From the NCBI GenBank assembly GCA_002269645.1, contig NIVC01001403.1:232181-296180 (forward strand): a DNA stretch of 64,000 nt, written 5' to 3'. The notes under the pieces were generated by a model. That model had not been told where the DNA came from. It saw only the letters and a list, made by a program, of their open reading frames with translations, and ran no database searches. Shown here in pieces: positions 49,735 through 60,100 of this stretch; the stretch's first letter is position 1; each line of letters opens with the position of its first letter. This DNA comes from Macrostomum lignano (Eukaryota). Both the position numbers and the translations under genes were made by a program.

Positions 49735-50600
49735 TTAATATAGACTGGCTGTTGAGGACTGAAATGAACTGAAACGCCGAGGCTTTTCAGTTCATTTCAG
49801 TCCGAACAGCCAGTCTATATTAGTGTTTTGGGTAGGCTGAAGCGCGGACGCACAACGCGGTTTCACGTCCACAGAAACTGTCTATGGTTGAAAAAGCTTT
49901 AGCTATATGCTTCGTGGCGGTTTCGCAGTCCGCGGAGACTGTCTATGGTGGAAACCCAAATAGAGTTTGAAGCATTCTTCTCTTGGTGGGTGGGAGAGAA
50001 AATAAGATTTAAACAGCTTTAAGGTTCGGAATTAGCCATGTTTCACTGGGAATCAATACTAGAGGAAGATATTAGCGGTTTAGAAATGAATGAGATTGAG
50101 TTTCTGCAGCAACTTGGACATCGTGATCCTGGTGAAGAAGTTAGTCAGTGGACCGGTGTGACCGTAAGACAGCAGGAGTTGATTGACGCAGAATTGTCCA
50201 ATCCAAGCATTCTGAATAATGCCGAGCTTCTGCGGGAACTGACGGAAGAAGAGGAAGCTGCTGTGCAAGACGTCGAAGAGGCTGCCAAACGCAAATCGAC
50301 CACGGATCAAACCGCTCTCCATGTGAAGCGCTTCAAAAAATATCTGGTATTGAGATTCAAAAAACTATTGAGGTAACTATTGATGAACTCTCCAGCCAAA
50401 TATCATTTTGAGCTTCCAAGCGTTATTTACTGGATTATTTCGTTTACTTCGAGTTTCATTCCTGTGTGTTTGGTCTTGTGTTTGTTGGCAGTGAAATATA
50501 CAGTGGCTATAAGTGATGAATTGAGTATAATTGAAATATGCTTCAACAAATGTAGAGCGTTTCAATCGCGTTTCAACCCAGGCAGCCTACCCATAATATA
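49735..50600 (+). mobile_element. 866-bp insertion, possibly a Crypton-like (tyrosine recombinase) fragment
   Basis: Absent from the paralogous site at 47468-47475; flanked by TAATATA direct repeats; hairpin at the left end; GGGTAGGCTG inverted repeats; 112-aa ORF (50038-50376) ending LTEEEE...KSTTDQTALHVKRFKKYL. The insertion is certain, the family is tentative. Confidence 0.5.
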
Positions 50601-50625
50601 CATGGATGGATGCGGGATAGATAAT

Positions 50626-50808
50626 GGGGCCATAGGCCATAGACCACGGCGCTCTAATGATATGCCAGCGGCCCAGGCTCGATTCCAAGCGCAGTCATAT
50701 TCATTTGGGGATGAATTGGAATCTCGGCTTGGGGTTTGCTCGTGCAAAATTATTAACACCCTTGAAGGCCAACCCCCAAGGCGCAGTAAAGTGTACTTGC
50801 CTAACGAT
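50626..50808 (+). mobile_element. SINE family A copy, 3'-truncated (duplicate of 47500-47682)
   Basis: Near-identical to the 47.5-kb copy. Confidence 0.7.
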
Positions 50809-51796
50809 CACCCGATTCTGATAGTTTCAGTCAAGTTCTCCAAAAGTAAGTCAAACAGCAGGATTTGTGTTGAACAAAAGTGTTGATGCGCTAAAGCAGC
50901 ATTGATTGTCACGTGACACGCTGGCACCTTAAAAATCGGATTGACTGCTTCTGTATTTCGATATTTAGAAGTTGGTCCGGTAGTACGAGTGTATATGAAA
51001 AATCATTTAATGGTGTTTGATTGTTTGCAAATTTAACAATGATGTGTGAACGGCTGTACTGCACTGTCTATTTGAACAAGTATTAAATACATTATTTAGG
51101 GCCTCATAAAAAACGCATGGACAATAAGTTTTGGTTTGTTGACAAAAAAGTAACATAAATCATTCGGTTTTGTGAATAGCATTTAGACTGACGGCATAAA
51201 GTAAGCCACTTTACGGATATCTCTGCTAGGGTACTTTATTCAAAGGGTTTTCATAAGACCCCTGAAGTCTATAATATACGTACCTTACCTACTTGCTTAC
51301 GTTCACCTAATATTTCTAAGAAACGAAACGACTGAAGTCTTCCTGCAATTCGAACTGCTCATATTTATGGTTGATATTTAACACTGGTACTCGTAGTCCA
51401 CAATAACAGTAATGACCTGCTGGACAATGTAACACAGGGAAAATTACCGGTAAAAACTGACTGCAACAAATCGTGCAAATTTTTGGGCCAATTTTTGCTG
51501 CAAAATGCATTGACGAGATGGAGAAGTACTAAAAAATCCAATACTTGGACTTCCGTATTGCAACATGGCGTTTTTGTTTTTTTCAAGCTATTTGTTTAAG
51601 ATTTGTGTGATTAGAATAACACTGCACCAGTTGTCAATGACTAACTGCGTTTATAATTGTACTTGGACTTCGAGAGCAAGTCTTAATCTAATGCAATCAA
51701 AATTACAATATAGTACGACTAAAGATGGCATCGAGTTCTCTCTCTCTGACTTGTCCAGCAGCAAAACAAGCGATATTCGATCATCTGCTACTTCTT

Positions 51797-52366
51797 TTAA
51801 AGTACATCGCACTCATTCTTAGCCTTGCCCGAGCCTCCGATCGCAACTCTGACCGCTTCGTCGAACACGTCCTTGAGTCCTACTCGAGTGAGCGCTGAGC
51901 ACTCCAGATACGTCACAGCCTTGATCTCCTTGGCAACGAGTTTCGCTCGTTTTCGCGTCACTTCCTTGCCCATCGAGTCGCCGCTGTCGCGCAGGTCCAG
52001 CTTGGTGCCGACTAGAATGACGGGCGCCTGCGGAGCGTGGTGCCGCACCTCCGGGTTCCACTTGTCGATGACATTGTCCAAGCTGGTGGAGTTCACCAGC
52101 GAGAAGCAGACGAGAAACACGCTGGTGTAGGGGTAGCTGAGCGGCCGCAGTCTGTCGTAGGCCTCCTGCCCGGCGGTGTCGCACAGCCTGAGGCGGAAGG
52201 ACCTGCCGTCCACCTCAACGTTGGCGCTCCACTCGTCGAAAACGGTGGGCAGGTACTCCTTAGGAAAGGTGTCTGTGGTGTAGGCCATCAGCAGGCAGGT
52301 TTTCCCGACCTCACCGTCACCGACAGCGACGCATTTCACTTCGTCCGGCGTCTTCGGAGCGGCCAT
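51797..52366 (-). CDS. Rac/Rho-family small GTPase, copy 3 (189 aa; retains switch-I Thr)
   Basis: [32 protein letters not shown]. Confidence 0.93.
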   Translation of the reverse strand: MAAPKTPDEVKCVAVGDGEVGKTCLLMAYTTDTFPKEYLPTVFDEWSANVEVDGRSFRLRLCDTAGQEAYDRLRPLSYPYTSVFLVCFSLVNSTSLDNVIDKWNPEVRHHAPQAPVILVGTKLDLRDSGDSMGKEVTRKRAKLVAKEIKAVTYLECSALTRVGLKDVFDEAVRVAIGGSGKAKNECDVL

Positions 52367-53067
52367 GGAGGATTCGTCAGCTAAGCTAAGGACTGTGCTA
52401 GACTTACTGCTTCGTTGAGACGTCCTAGCACCTTCCCTGTAGCATGGGGCGCCTTCTTATCAAGCTGAGATAAAAAATTAGCAGGAGAGCTCAGCAGAGA
52501 AGAGGCAGCTTGTAAATTCTTTTTTGCACGCAGCATACTCGGATACACCTTAAATATAAGAGCGTTCACTTTGCTGAGTGCTGTGCACCTAGCCAGGAAA
52601 CTCAAACTCGAACAGCCGAATGCTTTCTATTATCCAAGCCGCAGCCAGCCGGTCCTCTCATTGGCTGGCCCGCAAGCAGAGTATGAGCTTTGAACTGAGC
52701 TGAGCTCACAGTGTCTTGCCGTACAGCCGACAGTAACCCGGCTAATTTTGTCTGTGCCAGCGCGACAGGGACACAAAAGAGCATAAAATTCAACTGCATA
52801 TATATAGCTTCAACTAGCTCGTACACTATATGCTGCTATTAGTAGAATTTAAAGAGCATGGGCTACTAATTCTACTGACAGGTCGTCTTCACACTTGAAG
52901 GATAATTGTTTCACGGACCTTGGCGACTGTATAGAGATAGACAAGCATCCCGCGGGATCCGTGACGATCATTAAAACGGCTGCACACAGAAGGTAAAAAG
53001 CCATAAATATCGACGCTAAACGGTATTTCGGACCCAAATAGACACGGACGGATGCGGGATAGATAAT

Positions 53068-53350
53068 GGGGCCATAGACCACGGCGCTCTGGTGTGCCAG
53101 CGGCCCAGGCTCGATTCCAAGTGCAGTCACATTCATTTGGGGTCAAATTGAAATCTCGGCTTGGCTCTGCTCGTGAAAATTATTAACGCCTCTGTACCAA
53201 CCCCCAAAGCACAGTTAAGTGTACATGCCTAACGATAAATAAAGTCAGGCTCGCTGTACATCCTGTGTGAGCGCATGTGCTCAGGGGTCAGCGGTATGGG
53301 CATGGCTGCTTGCCTCGTCTTGATATGCGGCGAGCACCCAGAACCCCACG
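53068..53350 (+). mobile_element. SINE family A copy with tail
   Basis: B-box GGCTCGATTCC, body, and CGATAAATAAAGT...GCTGTACA.CCTGTGTGAG tail shared with the 13.5-kb copy. Confidence 0.7.
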
Positions 53351-53406
53351 TCTATGGCAGGAATGCCTCATAACTATAAAGCTTGCAGCTATGCTACTTG
53401 TACTGC

Positions 53407-55518
53407 ATGAATGTGCCGGCTTCATCTGCTAGTAAAATGACTTCTATTGTCAAGCCATCGTCATCTGCTTTAACTTCAGCAGGCACCAAGGACTGCTCAA
53501 ACAACAACGCTATGCAGACTAAATCCTCTCCGCCAGACGAAGATGACTTCGACGAAACGAAATCGTCAAAGAGAAGGCGCAGAAGAAAGAAGCTGAAAGA
53601 CGACTTTGAGCTGCCGGTGAGTGAGCTGCAGGGTTTTATCATGCGCTAGCCTATACCTAGGTGCAAAAGAGTCTGATCTTGTGACAGATCCTCTAGCACA
53701 GCTGCTGTGTTTTCGTTACCATTTTTTGCTCAGGGATGAAAGTGTCAGAACTTTTTGGACACCCCTCGTACAATATGTAATTAAAACATCGTACGTAACT
53801 ACTAAGTAAGTAGCTTTCTTGACAGTTTTGTACAACCTATATTACTCAATTGGCTTAATCAGGCTTGATGGCTTAATCAGTAGACTTGAAAGTATTACTT
53901 TCGCCTCCAAGCAATACTCAAGCCAGACTCCCAGTATTGACGCTTCTTTAAGTTGGAGGCACCATTTTTAAGATAACATCTCCGAGCACAGGCTACCGCT
54001 ACAGCATTGTGAGTTTGCGGGAGGGCTTCAGGCACTTTTAGGCTTTAGACAGCGCGGAGACAAGCAGTGGTGCCCATTCCTAAGATGCGGCAGTGCACAG
54101 AATCAAACCGGGGATCGCGGTGCGAGGGTGGGACGCGTTGCGATTAAATCCTGGGACGCAACATCAACTCCACCGCCACAGTTTGATGATATATAAAAAC
54201 ATCAAACTTTACAGGAGAGCCTGCCCAACGTGTTCGAGTTCAGCACCAGCCTCTACCGGTTCACGGAACACCTGGCTGAGTTCACCAAACTTTACCAGGA
54301 GGTGTTCCCGCAGCTGATGGCCGATAAGAACAAATATTTCATCAGCACCGAGCAGCAGGGAGTCGGCTGTCTGGACCTGCTATTTGAGACATTCTGCAAG
54401 CACCTCGGCATGGAGAAACTAAAAAATTTGCCCAACGGCAGCGGCGAGCGAGTGTTCTGCTGGCTGGGCAAGCGCAAGGCCAGCGAGATCCTGCCAACTC
54501 TGCGGCCGAACCACCACATCGTCAACCGCCTGCCGATGGACGTATTCCTCAAGGACAAGCAGAGCCTGGCGTTCACCCTGCAGTCCAGCATTTTCCAACG
54601 GGGCATCGGTTACCCGGAGCACGACTGTCGGCACAACGGCGGGCGCCGGCTGCGCCATCAGCTGCTGTGCCCGCACCAGTACGCTGAGCACAGCTTCCAG
54701 CACTGCCAAGTCCCGGGATGCTTTGAGGCCCTTCGGCTGGAGGCGCGCGCTGAGCGTCAGCTTATCGACCTGCACAACGGCGACTTGTGCCCGTGCTTCC
54801 GGGCGAACTACTTCGTGCCCGAGACTCGCGTTTTCGCCTCCTCGGTGCAGCAGAACGTCTTCATCGAGGAGGTCAGCAGGCTCGCCCCCGACTCGCAGTG
54901 GATCGTCAAGCCGTCCTACCTGCGCCGGGGTCGAGGCGTCCGAGTTCTGCCCTCAGTCAAGCATCTCAAATCCTTTCTAAAAGTGGAAACCCGACAGCGG
55001 TTCATGTGGGGCCAGGACTATGTGGTGCAGCGGTACATCAAGAACCCCATGCTGACCAATGCCGGGCAGAAGTTCGACGTGCGAATGTTTCTCCTGGTGG
55101 TTGTGTGCCGCTTCTGGCGCGTTCTCGGCTTCCTGCACCCCGGCTACGTCCGCAAGGTGGCCCGGCCGTACAAGGAGATGCGCCAGGACGACCGCTTCGA
55201 CCCTAGGGAGCATCTGGCCAACACGCGCATCTGGCGACGCGCCAACGCGGTCGTCAGCACCCCCAACGCACCCGCCGCTAGCGGGGCCTCCTCGCAGCGG
55301 TTGAAAGGATCTTCCAGTTCCATCAGCTCCGCCGTCGCCGCTGTTGCCGCCCCCCTGCCGGAGTCCCTGAACTCCGTCAACGATATGGACGATGTGACGT
55401 CAGTCATGAATATCGCCGACTCCGGTGTCACCTTCAACCGACTGTCAGCGCAGCAAGCCAGCCTGTCAACAGAGCAAGTACCTGCGTCGCTGTGGACCCA
55501 GAGTGGCTTCTCAGAGTG

Positions 55519-55557
<39 letters not shown>

Positions 55558-56863
55558 GGCAATGACGCTGACCTGCCCAAGACAGCAGCAGCTGAATCAA
55601 CAGCTCCCGTGCGCTCAGCAGAGCCAGCCCTTTCAATTCCAGCAGCTTCTGCAGCAGCGGCAGAACAGCGCCAGGTCTCGATTAAAAACGCCAAAAAAAA
55701 CTTCTAAATCACCGGAACCGTTCGAGCCTGTCCCGCTGACCGGCTTCTTCCGACAGTCATTCGAGTCCGACGAGTGCGAGGAGTTCAACTACGCTGTGCG
55801 TCACGGCTGCCTGAAGGGCAACAGAGCCAACCTGCCGCTGCTGCTCGGCACCATGCGCATTCCTGGAGCCAGGCACTTGGCCGCGTCACTTCCAACAGCG
55901 AAAATGTCTGCCAAGCAGCAAAACTGGAGCAGCGCCAAGCCGCAGAGTAAAAGCAAGCCAACAGCGGGAAATAAGCAAGGCAAGCGGAAGCAATCTAGTG
56001 TCCGGATGCGTGCCACCGAGACCAGGGAGCTGCTGGAGCCGTTCATTATGAATAAATACTTCATCCGCCGCCTTCAGCAGATGGCTACTCGAATCTGCGA
56101 GGGCGTGTTCGATCAAGTCAAGGAGAAGTCGAACTGCTACCAGCTGTTCTCGTTGGACATCTGCATCGACTCGTTCGGCGATCCCTGGCTGCTGGAGGTG
56201 AATCCCACCATCATTACCGAGGATGTCAACTGGAACAGCGGCACCATACGCCAGGTGGTCCCGGCGGTGTTCAGCGAGAGCTTGGGTCTCGCACACGAGT
56301 GCACCCGAAAGTCGCTCAATTTCTTGGCCCTTCGAACGCCCAGCAGTTACCAGCGCAAGCCCAACGACTTGGTGTTCCGGCAAAACTTCCTGTGGATGTA
56401 CAACACCCCGGCGAAGAGCTGCGAGATGTCCGAGCTGAAGAGTCTGAAGTACGGAGTGGACAGCATGCACAAGCAGCAGCTGGCGAGTCGAGGCATCGAG
56501 TACGTGCCCGTGGACTATTATCCTAAACGAAACCTGCGTCGAATCAGCAAGAAGGAGTCCCGGCAGCTCAACGACCAGAAGAAACAGCCAAAATCAATCG
56601 CGGCCGCGTCCGCTGCCAGCCGGTGTATCTACCGTTTCCCCTCGCCCGTGCGCTCCGTACCTGTGCTGGAGGAGGACCTGGCGCACAGCACCCGATACAT
56701 GCGACTTCAACCAGACATTGTTGGCCGCCAGCTGATGGTTCGCCAAATTGAGGCCGAGGCCAGGGCCAGGCAGAAGGAAACCATGGCTCGGCGATGTGCC
56801 ACACACCAGGACAGCCTGGCGAAGCGATCGGTCACGGTTAGGCACAGAGTGCAGGCGGACTAA
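53407..56863 (+). CDS. TTLL-family tubulin glycylase/glutamylase-like ATP-grasp ligase; exons 53407-53616 and 54215-56863 (952 aa)
   Basis: WIVKPSYLRRGRGV, YVVQRYIKNP.L...KFDVR, HLAN, LFSLDICID...PWLLEVN. Exon 1 is inferred from a phase-0 GTGAGT donor at 53617 and the CAG acceptor at 54214 (less certain than exon 2). Confidence 0.85.
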
Positions 56864-57162
56864 CCAGACCTCAAGTATTAGAACTGTTACTTACCAATAG
56901 CTAGGCGTTCTTAACCTACTGCTTAGCAACTTAGAGTAAACATTTTTATTTCTATTTCTCCCGACTTAGTGAATGCTGCCGACACCCTGCGCTGGTTTGT
57001 AAGTGTTCGTTGTAGGATAACCAGTAACTCGAATAATAAGTAAAACGAAGCATTTAAAACTCAGTCTTAGCCAGCAGCATGCCGTCAGCCATCTCAATGT
57101 CGCTTTGCAACATGTGTTTTTATTTATTGCACACCCTAAAAATTCATAGTAGCTGTTAGAGT

Positions 57163-60100
57163 CTAATGTGTGTATCGAACGCTTCCGTCGGCCTCGAACT
57201 TCACCTTTCTTAGAAACAGTCGCCTACGATTTCTAAACTTGGCGGCCTGCAGCCACAGGAATTTAAGATACGGCCTGCATACGGCGAAGCTGTCCCAATG
57301 GCTCCAAGAGTTCGGGCAGCCGCCTCCGCGGTTTGTCATTGAATTCGCCGTCTCGGCACTTCGACGCGTCTTCCATCGGAGGCATCTGGCGCGGCAGGGC
57401 ATGCAGTTGCTGCGATGGAGATCCGCAATTTGGCGTAGAGGATGCTCAAGCCGCTGAATGGCGACGGCAGGGTGGGCAGGACGGAGTACTCGCACAGCAT
57501 CCGAATTCGGTGCTTGTTCCAGATGACAAAGGTTTGCTCAGCCTTGGTGTTAACTGTCAGGCTGAACTTGGCAATCAGCAGGTTGAGCAGAGCCAAGTTC
57601 ACGAACAGGTAGATGTGTATGAATAGGGCCAGGTAGAGTCGAAGTCCGTCCCGATGCGGACAGAGGCAGTCGCTTCCGGCCAGGTCGGAGCAGTTGCTCG
57701 ACTCGGAGCGCTTTCGCACGGGCGTAGCGAGTCGATTTGGAACTCGCCGAAAGCCACGAGCATCGGGCGCGAGTAGATTTCCACCAGGGATTCGATAGAG
57801 CCCATCTTCACGGCTCCATTGTCGGAGACTCGATAGAGCCGTCCACCCGGGCTCAGCACCGATTGGAAGAAGACTCCGAAAGCCACCGTGACCAGCACGA
57901 AGATGGACAGAAACGGCAGCAGGTCGTCAACAATCAGCGTCTTAAGGATGCTGACGGTCGGTCCGGTACGCCGGAACACGGTGAGGTTGTACAGCCAGCG
58001 GATGCTGAGCAGCACGTACGATGCAGCCAGGACGAGGCGCAGGTAGTACTCGTACTCGGCCGAGCCGCTGCCGCCTGGGTCAATAGCGCCAAAAACCGCT
58101 AAGCCGGTGAGGCTGACGAGCTGGAGAATCGCCGGCAGGAGCAGCTCGGTGCCGCGCCAGACCCCGGACAGATCCGGCCACCAGTGCTCGGTGCGACTGC
58201 GATGGCGATGGGGGGAGAATGTTGAAAAGTGAGTTTCGAAACGTCTAAGCATTGCATCTGCGGATAAAGAGAATGGGGCAGGGCAGCTCGGTGGCTAAAC
58301 CTGTCAAAAGGCCCCTCCTCTCCCTGCAAACTAGTTAAATAACCACCAAATCGCACGATTGATATATAAATGGGCGAAAAATATGTACAAGCAGTCTGAT
58401 CACACACAAAATGTTACTATGACTAGAATAAAGCAAACGCCGGCAGTAAAATTGAAAATATGAGTCATTCTACCATTTTTAGACCGATTCTAATACCCTT
58501 AGACTTTCATTGATTATTGATTGACGCTGATTAAGATATCCTAGAATGATTTCGAGTACTAGGTTACGAGCCTAGTGAGTGGGTTTGTAGCCTAGTGGTT
58601 AGAGCGTCGGACTTGCGAATAAAAAGGTCGAGGGTTCGAGTCTCAACCCACTCGGAGCAATTTGTGTCCTTTAGCAAGACACTTCAGTTTCAGTTCGCCC
58701 AGCTTTTAAATGGGTGCCAGCATTAGCTGGGGTAATTGAGGGTGTGTGGCGACCCCCCCCCAGTCTATCGCGCCGCGCAATAGCTGTGGCTGAGCTGTCG
58801 GTTGCACATCTGCTCATTAGGGCAGGTGTAATCATTACCATTTATTATATGACGAGCCCGCAACGGCAAGTGACACTAAAACTTGTATCCAGACTCGCTG
58901 TCTGGAAATGGGAGTTCGTGCGTTCAGACACCTAGACTCGTTTCTTCTCTCTCTCTTCGCATTCTTTAGTGTGCTACTAAGCCGAACTCTTCGAATAATT
59001 GAGCACATTTCAATAGCTCACCGAATAATAACGCAGCCAAGAACGAGGTGGTCAACTACAAAGACTAACAACAGGCTGATTGCAGTTGGCTGTTGCCAAT
59101 TTGAGGCGCTGTCGCCGTCGCTATCCATTAGGAGAAACACGGTGAACAAGACTGTGAACACCGCTAGCGATGCCGCGTGCAGAATGAACCGACTGGACGG
59201 TGAGAATCCCCTTCTTCCGGCACTGCAGCAGTTGGATCGGCCGCACGAGTGACAGAGCGGACCTGAGCTCGCTACCCATCGACGCTTCACCAGCATGCGG
59301 ATGCAGCGGGTGGACAGGGCCTCGTCGCATCCGGCTGCCAGCAGCAGCTGCAGGATGGTGTAGCGCTGGCCTGCACTGCAAGCGTGTTTTTAGAGTTCAA
59401 GGGTTAGCGAGCTCGGTAAGAACTTCCGTTTTTAAAAATTAGTCCTAAACTCGCAATGTTTCTTCGTCCAAACAACGGATACCAGAATAACCAGATGGAC
59501 CACTCAGCACATTTGCGTGTAAGCTACTTTCAGTTCAGTAGTAAGTTAAACAGAAGCGTTTTAATGTATTTTTTAAGCCAAGACTCAATTTATTGGCTCT
59601 TAACCGGCACCAGGCTTAAACCCTCCAACAGCTTAGCTCACATCACCTTTCTATGTTCTCGACGCTCGAACGACCCTCGCGTAGCACCGGCAGCTCGATG
59701 GCCGAAAATGTCGGCCCTTCTCCGTTGATCTCGCCGTGCACGTACGCCTCAATGCGTTGACGTTCCTGAGAGGCAAAGTAGAATTTTAACCGACTTTGAT
59801 AGATGGGTTATTGTGTTTTTTACCTTCTTTAATACTCCGGCTCACTTTCTCAGAAGTGGCTCCATCGTGCAGGCTGTTCAACGCGTTGACCAGCACGCTC
59901 TCCGCGCTCTGACGCATGTCGGCCACGCACCGGTGCCGCACCTGCCTCATCCGGGTGCACATTAGCAGCACGCGCAGGCAGCTGGGCACCAGATCGAACG
60001 GCCGCGCCAGCAGCATCTCCTCGACGATCCGACTGCGACCAAGCGACACCGCCAGGTCAAGTGGGTCCAAGCAGTCGGCGCCGTTAAGGTGCTCCGGCCG

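Noticed and set aside
50380-50886. 168-aa ORF (and the related 94-aa ORF at 47476-47760)
   Set aside because: Runs across the insertion end, the SINE and the duplication junction; no coherent domain.
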